Assembly (NCBI GenBank): GCA_964495295.1 | Contig: CAZBWP010000002.1 | Span: 1-47,700 of the forward strand | Direction: 5' to 3' | Source: an uncultured Rhodospirillaceae bacterium | GTDB taxonomy: Bacteria; Pseudomonadota; Alphaproteobacteria; Rhodospirillales; Defluviicoccaceae | DNA length: 47,700 bases | Shown: positions 1 to 8,796 of the stretch, in pieces | Numbering within the stretch: the first letter of the stretch is position 1 | Layout: every line of letters begins with the position of its first letter | Position numbers and translations under genes: made by a program | The notes under the pieces: generated by a model | Told to the model about the DNA's origin: nothing | Databases searched by the model: none | Seen by the model: the letters and a program-made list of their open reading frames with translations, nothing else

Positions 1-19
1 CTAATCCTTTGACTTGCAT
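1..19 (-). CDS. 5' end of an unidentified CDS running off the left edge (MQVKGL...)
   Basis: Minus-strand ATG (rc of 17-19) is preceded by GGGGAGGG (rc of 24-31) with about 4 nt spacing. Only 6 codons are visible, so no product can be assigned. Confidence 0.25.
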
Positions 20-58
20 GGTTCCCTCCCCTGGGGTTCCCCTGAACAGAGATGAGGA

Positions 59-90
59 GCCGAGAGCCGCTGGATGCAACGGCTCTCGGC
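59..90 (-). terminator. perfect 11-bp stem-loop between the thiolase and the next minus-strand gene (terminator or processing hairpin candidate)
   Basis: GCCGAGAGCCG (59-69) is the exact reverse complement of CGGCTCTCGGC (80-90), with a 10-nt loop. No clear U-tract follows on the minus strand. Confidence 0.3.
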
Positions 91-264
91 GCCCGTGAAC
101 GGACGTCTCGCCCGACGCCGCCGTCGGCGAAGACGAGTCACGCCCGGATCCTCAACGATCCGCGACGCCGTCGTCCGACGCCAGCCCCCGACTTCGAACT
201 GACATCCGAAGCCGAGGGCCGGACGGTCGCGGCTCGCAAACCGTTACGACCGGCTTGGCCTCAA

Positions 265-323
265 GCCAGATGTCTCTGGCCAGAGGCCCAAGGCCGGATG
301 TCTCAGGCCGGATGTCTCAGGCC
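265..323. repeat. three copies of a GCC(A/G)GATGTCTC(T/A)GGC REP-like imperfect palindrome
   Basis: Copies lie at 265-280, 293-308 and 307-322; the last two are tandem with a 14-nt period. The last copy overlaps the thiolase stop codon (317-319, minus strand). Confidence 0.6.
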
Positions 324-1513
324 AGCCGCTCGATCGACACGGCGGTCGCTTCGCCGCCGCCGATGCACAGCGCCGCCACGCCCTTCTTCTGGCCGTGCTT
401 CTCCAGCGCATGCATGAGCGTGACGATGATGCGCGCGCCCGATGCGCCGATCGGATGGCCGAGCGCACACGCGCCGCCGTTGACGTTCACCTTGTCGTGC
501 GGGATGTCGATGTCGCGCATCGCCGCCATGGTGACCACGGCGAACGCTTCGTTGATCTCCCACAGGTCGACGTCGCCGGCCTTCCAGCCGGACTTCTCCA
601 GCACCTTGCGGATGGCGCCCACCGGGGCGGTGGTGAACAGGTTCGGCTCCTGCGCAAAGGTCGCGTGCGCGTGGATCATCGCCAGCGGCGTCAGGCCCCG
701 CTTCTCGGCTTCCGAGCGACGCATCAGCACCAGCGCCGACGCGCCATCAGAGATCGAGCTGGAGGTCGCCGCGGTCACGGTGCCGTTCTTGCGGAAGGCC
801 GGGCGCAGCGTCGGGATCTTGTCGACGGCAACCTCGAACGGCGCCTGATCGGTCTCGACGAGGCGGTCACCCTTGCGGGTCTTCACCAGCACCGGCGCGA
901 CTTCCTTCTTGAAGGTGCCGTCGTTGGACGCGTTCTGCGCGCGTTTCACCGACTCCGTGGCGAAGGCGTCCTGCGCCTCGCGCGTGAATTGGTACATCTC
1001 GGCGCAGTCCTCGGCGAACGTGCCCATCGCCCGCCCTTCCTCGTAGGCGTCCTCGAGACCGTCGTAGAACATGTGGTCCTTGAGCTGGTCGCCGTGGCCC
1101 AGGCGATAGCCGGTGCGGGCCTTGAGCACCAGGAACGGCGCGTTGGACATGCTCTCCATGCCGCCGGCGACGATCACGTCGTGCGAGCCGACGAGCAGGT
1201 TGTCGTGGCCGAACATCGCCGCCTTCATGGCCGAGCCGCACATCTTGGTGAGCGTTGTCGCGCCCACGTGCCAGGGAACGCCGGCAAAGTGCGCGGCCTG
1301 CCGGGCCGGGGCCTGCTTCAGGCCGGCCATCAGGCAGCAGCCCATGATCACCTCGCCGACGTCGTCCGGCGAAACCTTCGAACGCTCGAGCGCGGCCTTG
1401 ATCGCGGCGCCGCCCAGGTGGGTGGCGGTCACGGTGGCGAAATCTCCAAGCATGCCGCCCATCGGCGTGCGTGCGGCGCCGACGATGACGACGGGATCAG
1501 CGGGTGCTGGCAT
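317..1513 (-). CDS. acetyl-CoA C-acetyltransferase (thiolase II)
   Basis: 398-aa ORF with thiolase signatures: VIVGAARTPMGG at the N-terminus, active-site Cys region LTKMCGSAMKA, and C-terminal NVNGGACALGHPIGASGARI and GVAALCIGGGEA. Confidence 0.93.
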   Translation of the reverse strand: MPAPADPVVIVGAARTPMGGMLGDFATVTATHLGGAAIKAALERSKVSPDDVGEVIMGCCLMAGLKQAPARQAAHFAGVPWHVGATTLTKMCGSAMKAAMFGHDNLLVGSHDVIVAGGMESMSNAPFLVLKARTGYRLGHGDQLKDHMFYDGLEDAYEEGRAMGTFAEDCAEMYQFTREAQDAFATESVKRAQNASNDGTFKKEVAPVLVKTRKGDRLVETDQAPFEVAVDKIPTLRPAFRKNGTVTAATSSSISDGASALVLMRRSEAEKRGLTPLAMIHAHATFAQEPNLFTTAPVGAIRKVLEKSGWKAGDVDLWEINEAFAVVTMAAMRDIDIPHDKVNVNGGACALGHPIGASGARIIVTLMHALEKHGQKKGVAALCIGGGEATAVSIERLA

Positions 1514-1750
1514 GGTCTTTCTCTCTCCCTCTTGAATCGTTTCCCCAGAAGCGGGTGTGCGTGTGCGAAGATAAGGACGTGTAGCACGCCGCCGCGCGCC
1601 AAGACAAGGTCATCGGATGCAAGGCAGCCCCGCTGTCCAGAGGCCGATCGCATCGGGTGAATAGCCTCGTCGGCCATCCAGATCCCCGGTCCATGCCATG
1701 CCGCGCCGGTCGCGGCGGCGCCGTTCCCTTGGGCGTCGGCGTGGCTTGAC

Positions 1751-1828
1751 GGCGGGCCCACCAGGGCCCATCAAACGGCGGGCCCACCAGGGCCCATCAA
1801 ACGGCGGGCCCACCAGGGCCCATCGAGC
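1751..1828. repeat. 26-bp tandem repeat x3 (GGCGGGCCCACCAGGGCCCATCAAAC)
   Basis: Units at 1751-1776 and 1777-1802 are identical. The third (1803-1828) diverges in its last bases. Each unit carries two GGGCCC palindromes. The region is intergenic. Confidence 0.9.
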
Positions 1829-1889
1829 GGCGAAGAAGACCCGTTGGTTCGATGGGTACGGTTGCATCCGATCCGCCCGACGAACCGCC

Positions 1890-2087
1890 ATGGAGGCTCG
1901 GACGGCATTGGGGGACATGCTGTTGGTCCGTGAGTATCTCCACGCCGACACCGGCCGCGGCCTGGGGGCGGCGCATCAGACCGGCTGGACCGGGCCGGTC
2001 GCCAATCTGGTGATGCGCCCCTATCGCCAGGAGGTCCCGCGGTTCTGGCTGCGGGCGGCCGCGGGACGCGCCCACGATCGCGGATGA
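1890..2087 (+). pseudogene. C-terminal remnant of an MGH1/GH63-like glucosidase
   Basis: The frame encodes ...[32 protein letters not shown]... From memory this matches the conserved extreme C-terminus (EYFHGDxGxGxGAxHQTGWTG) of roughly 900-aa glucosidases. No upstream body of the gene is present. Confidence 0.45.
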
Positions 2088-3301
2088 GCGCCACACATGG
2101 CGCGCGGCGTATGAGCACCCCGACATGGCGCACGCCGCCGGTCGTCGTCGTCTATCTCAACGGCGTCGTCCAGGGGATGTCCATCGTCAGTGTGCCGGCG
2201 CTCGGCGCCGTGCTGAAGGCGCAGCTGGGCCTCAGTGACGCCGAATACGGCGCCGTGTTCCTGCCGCAGCTGGTCTTCGCGGTGATCGGCGCGCTCGGCG
2301 GCGGCGCGCTGTCCCGCCGGATCGGCCTGAAGGCGCTGCTCGTCCTGGCGCTGCTCGCCATCGTCGCAGCCCAGTCGCTGCTGGCCGCCAGCGGCGCGCT
2401 GCCCCATGCATTGGCGTTTCCGGCGCTGCTGCTCGCCACCGCCAGCCTCGGCCTCGGCGTCGGGCTGCAAGCGGCGCCCATCAACACCTATCCGGCGATC
2501 CTGTTTCCCGGCCGGTCCCATGCCGCGGTCGTCGCGGCGCACATGCTGATCGGTCTCGGTCTGGCCACCGGTCCGCTGCTCGTCGCGCCCTTCATCGCGG
2601 CCGGCGTCTGGTCCCTCTGGCCGGCGGCGCTCGCCGGCATCGCGCTCGTCCTCGCCGTGGTGACGGGCGGCGTGGCGCTGCCGCCCGAGCAGGCGCCCGC
2701 GGCCGGCGACGACGGGCACGCGCCCCGGCCGGTGGCGGCGCCGCTGTTCCGGGTGTTCGTCGTGCTCAGCATCCTCTACGCCTTCGCCGAGGGGACCTTC
2801 GCCAACTGGGTCGTGGTGTTCCTGAGCGAGGGGCGGGGGCTCGACGACGCCGTCGCCGGGGCGGCGCTGTCGGTGTTCTGGGGGGCCTTGGTGGTCGGAC
2901 GGCTCGGCGGGTCGGCGCTGGTCGGCATCGTCTCGCCGCGCCTGGTGTGGGCGGCGATGCCGGTGTTGATGGCCGCGGCCTTCCTGCTCATCCCGCTGGC
3001 ACAGGGGCCGGTCGGCGGCATCGCCGTGTTCGCCTTCGCCGGGCTCGCCTGCTCGGCCTATTTCCCGTTGATGATCGCCATTGCCGCGGAGATCTTTCCG
3101 CGCCATGTCGCCTGGGTCGCGTCGGCGCTGATCGCCGCCTTGATGGTTGGCATCGGCGCCGTCTCCTTCCTCATCGGCGCGGCCCGCGAGGTGCTCTCGT
3201 TCGAGGCGATCTACCGGCTCTCCGCCCTCTGGCCGCTGCTCGCCCTGGTGCTGGCGATCCCCGTGCTCCGCCACCGGCCGGCCGCGGCGCCCGCAAGTTG
3301 A
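2084..3301 (+). CDS. MFS-type transporter
   Basis: 405-aa ORF that is almost entirely hydrophobic, with about 12 helix-length segments rich in Gly/Ala/Leu. Start is uncertain (ATG 2084 overlaps the remnant's stop as ATGA; ATG 2111 is the alternative). Substrate unknown. Confidence 0.7.
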   Translation: MSATHGARRMSTPTWRTPPVVVVYLNGVVQGMSIVSVPALGAVLKAQLGLSDAEYGAVFLPQLVFAVIGALGGGALSRRIGLKALLVLALLAIVAAQSLLAASGALPHALAFPALLLATASLGLGVGLQAAPINTYPAILFPGRSHAAVVAAHMLIGLGLATGPLLVAPFIAAGVWSLWPAALAGIALVLAVVTGGVALPPEQAPAAGDDGHAPRPVAAPLFRVFVVLSILYAFAEGTFANWVVVFLSEGRGLDDAVAGAALSVFWGALVVGRLGGSALVGIVSPRLVWAAMPVLMAAAFLLIPLAQGPVGGIAVFAFAGLACSAYFPLMIAIAAEIFPRHVAWVASALIAALMVGIGAVSFLIGAAREVLSFEAIYRLSALWPLLALVLAIPVLRHRPAAAPAS

Positions 3302-3435
3302 CCATGACCGCGGATAAGACTATTTTCCTTCATGGAGCGCCGTTCGCGTTTCCTTCGTTGAGTGCCGTTCGCGCGGCCACCGGGGGGCATTCGCTGCGAG
3401 CCGACGGCATGTCGAGCCCGGCAAAGGCATACAAA

Positions 3436-3463
3436 ATCCGACAGAATCCGACATTATCCGACA
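3436..3463. repeat. ATCCGACA direct repeat x3 at exact 10-bp spacing
   Basis: ATCCGACA occurs at 3436-3443, 3446-3453 and 3456-3463, in a lower-GC intergenic stretch between the MFS gene and tRNA-Ser. Confidence 0.8.
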
Positions 3464-3638
3464 TTTCGACGTCCGGTTTTCCGGAAACTCTTTGATAACA
3501 ATCGGTTGGAGGATTTTTCCGCGTCCGGAGGCGGCTTTTTCCGGCATACTTCCGACTCCCAGCGGCACCCCGCGTTGCTTTTGTGCGTTTGGCGGCCGCG
3601 TGCCCGTTAAGGGGATGGCAACCGGTCCGTGGCATTGT

Positions 3639-3668
3639 TTGACAGGCGCGCGACGGGGTGTGTAAAAC
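3639..3668 (+). promoter_or_regulatory. candidate sigma70-like promoter for tRNA-Ser
   Basis: TTGACA at 3639-3644, then a 17-18 nt spacer, then GTAAAA/TAAAAC at 3662-3668, about 30 nt upstream of the tRNA 5' end. Confidence 0.3.
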
Positions 3669-3698
3669 CCCAGGTCCGGCGAAAAATCGCCGGCGTGC

Positions 3699-3789
3699 GG
3701 ATGGGTGGCCGAGCGGCTGAAGGCGCTCCCCTGCTAAGGGAGTATGGGTCAAAAGCCCATCGAGGGTTCGAATCCCTCCCCATCCGCCA
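3699..3789 (+). tRNA. tRNA-Ser(GCU), type II with long variable arm, CCA encoded
   Basis: Acceptor GGATGGG/CCCATCC, D arm GCCGAGCGGCTGAAGGC, anticodon loop CT-GCT-AA, long variable arm GTATGGGTCAAAAGCCCATC, T arm GAGGG-TTCGAAT-CCCTC, then GCCA. Confidence 0.93.
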
Positions 3790-3807
3790 CCATGTCCCTT
3801 GCAGCCA

Positions 3808-5223
3808 ATGGATTGTGGTCCGGAGCGCCGCCGGGGAGGGGTGCAGTTGCTTGAGGCTGACCGCGTTCGCCCGCTGAATGCCGATCCCGAGCGCGCCGGC
3901 GCCTACGTGCTCTATTGGATGCAGCAGTCGCAGCGGGCGTCGGGCAACCCGGCGCTGGAGGTCGCCATCGCCGCGGCCAACCGGCTGGGGCTGCCGGTGG
4001 TCGTCGGCTTCGGCCTGACCGAGCGCTATCCCGACGCCAACGCCCGGCACTTCGCCTTCCTGTTGCAGGGGCTCGCCAACACGGCCCTCGGGCTCGCGGC
4101 CCGCGGCATCGGCTTCGTCGTCCGGCGCGGCAGTCCGGAGCGCGTGGCGCTGGACCTCGCCCGTGACGCGGCGCTGGTGATCTGCGACCGCGGCTACCTG
4201 CGCCACCAGCGGGCGTGGCGGGACGCGGTGGCGGCGGATGCGGGTCGCCGGGTCCTCCAGGTGGAGGGTGATGTGGTCGTCCCCGTCGCCCGGGTCTCGG
4301 GCAAGGAGGAATACGCCGCCCGGACGCTCAGGCCGAAGCTGCTGCGTCACCGCGACGATTACGTCGTCGACCCCGTCGAAACCGCCGTCGAGCGGCGAAA
4401 TGACGGCGCCGTGCCCGACGGCGACGTGAATCCCGCCGATCCCGCCGCGACGCTGGCCATGCTCGACGTCGACCGGTCGGTCGAGCCGGTCAAGCGCTTC
4501 ATCGGCGGCACGGCCGAGGCGCGGCGGCGGCTCCGGGCGTTTCTCGACGGTGGCCTCGCCGGCTATGCGGACGGACGCAACGAGCCCGCCGACTGGCAAG
4601 GCTCGTTCCTGTCCCCCTACCTGCACTTCGGCCAGATCTCGCCGGTGGAGGTGGCGCGCGCGGCGGCGACGGCGGACGTCGGCAGCCGCGAGGACCGGGC
4701 GGCCTTCCTCGAGGAACTGATCGTCCGCCGCGAGCTCGCCGCCAACTACGTCACCTTCCAGCCCGCCTATGACCGCTTCGACGGCCTGTCGGCCTGGGCG
4801 CGGAAGACCCTGGCCGAGCACGCCGGCGACCGCCGCGACCGGGTCTATTCGCCGGCAGAGCTGGCGGCGGCGGACACCCACGACCGCTACTGGAACGCGG
4901 CGATGCGCGAGATGGTGCACACGGGTTTCATGCAGAACTACATGCGCATGTACTGGGGCAAGAAGATCCTGGAGTGGTCGCCCTCGCCGCAAACGGCCTT
5001 CGCCACCACGCTCGCCCTCAACAACCGCTACTTCCTCGACGGCCGCGACCCCAACTCCTACGCCAATGTCGGCTGGATCTTCGGCCTGCACGACCGCGCC
5101 TGGACCGAACGGCCCATCTTCGGGAAAATCCGCTACATGAACGACAAGGGGCTGGAGCGGAAGTTCGACATGGACCGCTACATCCGGGCTGTCGATCACC
5201 TCGTCGCCGCCGAACGGGATTAG
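3808..5223 (+). CDS. deoxyribodipyrimidine photolyase, class II
   Basis: YVLYWMQQSQRASGNPALEVA near the N-terminus and C-terminal MRMYWGKKILEWS...LNNRYFLDGRDPNSYANVGW are class II CPD photolyase signatures. Start is uncertain: TTG 3799, ATG 3808 or GTG 3841. Confidence 0.9.
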   Translation: MDCGPERRRGGVQLLEADRVRPLNADPERAGAYVLYWMQQSQRASGNPALEVAIAAANRLGLPVVVGFGLTERYPDANARHFAFLLQGLANTALGLAARGIGFVVRRGSPERVALDLARDAALVICDRGYLRHQRAWRDAVAADAGRRVLQVEGDVVVPVARVSGKEEYAARTLRPKLLRHRDDYVVDPVETAVERRNDGAVPDGDVNPADPAATLAMLDVDRSVEPVKRFIGGTAEARRRLRAFLDGGLAGYADGRNEPADWQGSFLSPYLHFGQISPVEVARAAATADVGSREDRAAFLEELIVRRELAANYVTFQPAYDRFDGLSAWARKTLAEHAGDRRDRVYSPAELAAADTHDRYWNAAMREMVHTGFMQNYMRMYWGKKILEWSPSPQTAFATTLALNNRYFLDGRDPNSYANVGWIFGLHDRAWTERPIFGKIRYMNDKGLERKFDMDRYIRAVDHLVAAERD

Positions 5224-5261
5224 CCGGGTGGTTCGGGCCAGTCGTTCGGTGGATCGATCCT

Positions 5262-6365
5262 TCAGGCGGGCTGCCGGCCGGCCTGGTCGAGTTCGGCGCG
5301 GATCTCCAGCGGGGTCAGGGCGCGCCCGCCCATTTCCTTGAAGAAGAACGCGAAGTAGCCGTCGAGCTTGGCCAGGAAGGCGGTCAGCTCGGCGTCGGTG
5401 CGGACATAGGGCGTGTGCCCGGCGACCAGCGACGGGCTGTGCCAGGCGAACTGCAGGACCCGATGGCCCTGGGCGACGAGGGCGCGGGTAATGCGCTTCA
5501 GCTCGCCAAGGTCGACGCTTTCCGGGGTCAGCCGGCTCTGCTCGAGCAGGCGGAGGCGGGACAGGATGCCGGGGACGCGGAGGCGCGCGGCGAGACCGGC
5601 CTGGGTCCGCGGCGAGAGCCTGGGCCCGGCGTCGGCGAGCAGTCCGAAGAAGCCGCAGGCGAGCGGGATCTCCAGCACGCTGCGGTCCCGGGTCAGCCAG
5701 TAGGCGCGCGGCGGGAAGGCGCGGAAGTCCGGCCCGCCGTCGCCGTCCGGCAGCAGACGGGCGAACACGCTGATGTCGACCCGATAGCCGAGCGCGGCGA
5801 GCAGGCCGGGGGTATTGGCGCCGATGCCATAGCGGCCGGCCTTGTAGATGGTCGGGCGTGTGCCGAACGCCCGTTCAATGGTGTCCGTCAGCACGGCCAG
5901 CTTGGCCCCCTCCAGCGCCGGCGGCAGGTTGCCGGCGAAGCTGTTGAAGATGGTGACGTCCTCGTCGTGCGGCGGATTCACCCAGGGGTGAAGGTGCGTG
6001 CCGATCACCGCGCGGCCGGCATCGGCAAAGCCCCGCAGTGTCGCCGCCGCCGCGGCATCGGCGGCGACGGGATAGTCGACCACGTAGGTCGGGACGACGC
6101 CCCAGCGGTCACAGATCGCCTGGGCGCGGTCCTGCGCGGCGATCGAGGTGACGGCGACGGCGGCGCGCGAGTGCGGCTTGGACCAGTCGAACTCTTCCTC
6201 GGTGTCGACCACGACGGTCAGCACCGGGCGGTCGCCAAGCGGAGCGATATCGGCGAACGCATCGGCGGGCGGCGGACGGAGCCCGGCGCGGCCTCCCGGC
6301 GGTATCATGAAGACCCCTGATGGACCGGCGATTGGTGACATCGCTCCTACCCGCATGGGCACCAT
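5262..6365 (-). CDS. polysaccharide deacetylase family protein (WalW-like)
   Basis: The conserved part begins VLTVVVDTEEEFDWSKPHSR...HLHPWVNPP. The track ORF extends to 6866, but those extra 167 aa are Arg-rich and overlap the divergent ATPase gene. Start was trimmed to an ATG in the 6365/6356/6341/6308 group. Confidence 0.75.
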   Translation of the reverse strand: MVPMRVGAMSPIAGPSGVFMIPPGGRAGLRPPPADAFADIAPLGDRPVLTVVVDTEEEFDWSKPHSRAAVAVTSIAAQDRAQAICDRWGVVPTYVVDYPVAADAAAAATLRGFADAGRAVIGTHLHPWVNPPHDEDVTIFNSFAGNLPPALEGAKLAVLTDTIERAFGTRPTIYKAGRYGIGANTPGLLAALGYRVDISVFARLLPDGDGGPDFRAFPPRAYWLTRDRSVLEIPLACGFFGLLADAGPRLSPRTQAGLAARLRVPGILSRLRLLEQSRLTPESVDLGELKRITRALVAQGHRVLQFAWHSPSLVAGHTPYVRTDAELTAFLAKLDGYFAFFFKEMGGRALTPLEIRAELDQAGRQPA

Positions 6366-6817
6366 CGGCGCAAGGGAATTCACGGACGCGTTGCCCCGGC
6401 GGCGGCGTCCGCCGCGATCCGGCAGCGGCGTTGTCCGCCGCCCTGGCCGGTGGCGGTGGCGTCTCATGTCGGCGAAAGTGAACGGCGGTGTCGTCCGCCC
6501 GCTTGCAATCGGCGGTTGACGCCCAACATCATCGGCGGACCACAGACGGGTCACTGTGCCGTTTTTTGGGGGTTTGTTCATTCCTTTGCCGGAAACTTGG
6601 ATCGATTGGCGCCGATCCGGCGGCTGGCCGTGTCGGGCCGCGGCCGGACGCGCCGATGGTTTCGCGTTTCGGGGGTGGCATGGACCCGTGGCGTTTTGAT
6701 ACGATCCGCCCGGCCGGAAACGCCGACGGCGCGCGTCGCTGACGGCGCCGGCAGGCAGGGTCGCCGGGTGGGCGGCGCCGGACACGCGCCGGGCTTCCGC
6801 GTCGCAGAGAGGATGGA

Positions 6818-7765
6818 ATGTACACGGACTTCTACGGCCTCTCCGGGTTTCCGTTTCAGCTGACACCGGATCATCGGTTCTTTTTCGACAGCGGCCCGCA
6901 TCGGCGGGCCATGGCCTACCTGAACTATGGCCTGAGCAAGGGCGAGGGGTTCATCGTCATCACCGGCGAGGTCGGCGCCGGCAAGACGACGATGATCGAT
7001 CACCTGCTGTTCCAGCTTGAAGGCCGGCCGATCACCACCGCCCGCGTCGTCACCAGCCAGATCGAGGCGAACGATCTCCTGCACCTGGTCGCCGATGCCT
7101 TCGGCATCGCCACCGACGTGCGCGGCAAGGGCCAACTGTTGAGCCGCATCGGCGCGTTCCTGACCGAGACCCATGCCGCTGGCCAGCATACGCTGCTGAT
7201 CATCGACGAGGTTCAGGCGCTGTCGGGCTCGGCGCTCGAGGAACTCAGGATGCTGTCCAACTTCGGCATGGGCAACCGCTCGATGCTGCAGATCTGCCTC
7301 GTCGGCCAGCCCGAGTTCCGCAACACGCTGGCGCGCAGCAGCCTCGAGCAACTGCGTCAGCGGATCATCGCCTCGCACCACTTGTATCCGCTGGATGCCG
7401 AGGAGACGCGTGGCTACATCCTGCATCGCCTGGGGCAGGTCGGCTGGCAGAACGTGCCCGCGCTGAGCGACGATGTGTTCGACACCGTGCACGCAGGAAC
7501 GGGCGGCATTCCCCGGAAGATCAACGTTTTATGCGATCGCCTCCTGCTGTTCGGCTATCTCGAGGAGAAGACGGCGCTGACCGGCCAGGACGTTGAGGAG
7601 GTGCTGATGGACATGCGGGAGGAGATGATCCCGCCGCCGTCGGCCCGCGCCGCCGCCCAGGCCGCGGCGCGCGAGCGCATTGACAGCGGCTCGGAGTCCA
7701 ATCTCGACGAGCTGCTCGATCGGGTCTCTTCCCTCGAACATCGCCTGCGCCGCGGCGGCGAGTGA
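6818..7765 (+). CDS. XrtA/PEP-CTERM system-associated ATPase (ExeA/GspA-like AAA)
   Basis: MYTDFYGLSGFPFQLTPDHRFFF..., Walker A GEVGAGKT and Walker B LLIIDEVQ. Position is immediately upstream of the PEP-CTERM-type deacetylase and xrtA. Confidence 0.85.
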   Translation: MYTDFYGLSGFPFQLTPDHRFFFDSGPHRRAMAYLNYGLSKGEGFIVITGEVGAGKTTMIDHLLFQLEGRPITTARVVTSQIEANDLLHLVADAFGIATDVRGKGQLLSRIGAFLTETHAAGQHTLLIIDEVQALSGSALEELRMLSNFGMGNRSMLQICLVGQPEFRNTLARSSLEQLRQRIIASHHLYPLDAEETRGYILHRLGQVGWQNVPALSDDVFDTVHAGTGGIPRKINVLCDRLLLFGYLEEKTALTGQDVEEVLMDMREEMIPPPSARAAAQAAARERIDSGSESNLDELLDRVSSLEHRLRRGGE

Positions 7766-7800
7766 GCGCGAGCCACGCGGCGAAAGCGGACCGGACACCG

Positions 7801-8778
7801 ATGACAGAGATGCTACATCGCCGCTGGGCGGAGGGCGTCGACGCCGCTCCGGTCGACACCGGACGCCAAGCGGCGCCATCCGCACCGCCCCAGCCGCTGG
7901 GCGGCGACCGGCCGATCAGCGCGATGACCGTCGATGTGGAGGACTATTTCCAGGTTTCGGCGCTCGCCCCCTACGTCCGCCGCGACGCCTGGGACGCCAT
8001 GCCGAGCCGCGTCGAGCGCAACACCGACCGGGTGCTCGACCTCTTCGCGGACTGCGGCGTGCGCGCCACGTTCTTCACCCTGGCCTGGGTCGCCGAGCGC
8101 CATCCCCGGCTGATCCGGCGCATCGTCGAGGGCGGCCACGAACTCGCCAGCCACGGCGTCGAGCACGTGCGGGTCAGCGATCAGACGCCCGCGGCCTTCA
8201 AGGCCGACGCAAGCCGGGCCAAGGCGATCCTGGAAGACACGGGCGGTGTCGCCGTGCGCGGCTATCGGGCCGCCAGCTTCTCCATCGGTGCTACCACGCC
8301 GTGGGCCTTCGAGGTTCTCGCCGAGGTGGGCCACGACTACAGTTCGAGCGTCTATCCGATCCGGCACGACCACTACGGCATGCCCGAGGCCCCCCGGTTC
8401 GCCTATCGGCCGCTCGCCGACCAGGCGTTTCTCGAAGTGCCGATCAGCACGACGATGCTTGGCGGACGGACCGTGCCGTGCGGTGGCGGCGGCTACTTCC
8501 GGTTGCTCCCGTATGCCCTGTCGCGGTGGGCCCTGCGCCGCGTGACGGCCCGAGAGCGCGCGCCGCTGGTGTTCTATTTCCACCCGTGGGAGATCGATGC
8601 GGATCAGCCGCGGGTGCCGGGTGCCGCGTTCCGCGCCCGGTTCCGCCACTACACCAACCTGGAGCGCATGCAGGACAAGCTGCGGGCGGTTTTGCGCGAC
8701 TTCCGGTGGGACCGGATGGACCGACTGGTGGATGGCGTGAAGGGCACGGCACCGCCCGTGGGCGGACGCCTCACATGA
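7801..8778 (+). CDS. XrtA-system polysaccharide deacetylase (PEP-CTERM locus subfamily)
   Basis: MTVDVEDYFQVSALAPYV...RATFFTLAWVAERHP...GHELASHG and FYFHPWEID motifs. Start is uncertain: GTG 7762 (GTGA overlap with the ATPase stop), ATG 7801 or ATG 7924. Confidence 0.85.
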   Translation: MTEMLHRRWAEGVDAAPVDTGRQAAPSAPPQPLGGDRPISAMTVDVEDYFQVSALAPYVRRDAWDAMPSRVERNTDRVLDLFADCGVRATFFTLAWVAERHPRLIRRIVEGGHELASHGVEHVRVSDQTPAAFKADASRAKAILEDTGGVAVRGYRAASFSIGATTPWAFEVLAEVGHDYSSSVYPIRHDHYGMPEAPRFAYRPLADQAFLEVPISTTMLGGRTVPCGGGGYFRLLPYALSRWALRRVTARERAPLVFYFHPWEIDADQPRVPGAAFRARFRHYTNLERMQDKLRAVLRDFRWDRMDRLVDGVKGTAPPVGGRLT

Positions 8779-8796
8779 GCACGGGTGGGTGACGGC

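Noticed and set aside
2021-5199. 417-aa (2021-3274) and 530-aa (3607-5199) minus-strand ORFs
   Set aside because: They lie antisense to the MFS transporter and the photolyase. The second would also run through tRNA-Ser. Composition is Arg/Asp/Gly-rich noise.
5262-6866. Full 534-aa version of the WalW-like deacetylase ORF
   Set aside because: The first ~167 residues are Arg/Pro-rich with no deacetylase similarity, and they would overlap the divergent ATPase start at 6818. An internal ATG (around 6365-6308) just before the conserved VVVDTEEEFDW block is far more plausible.
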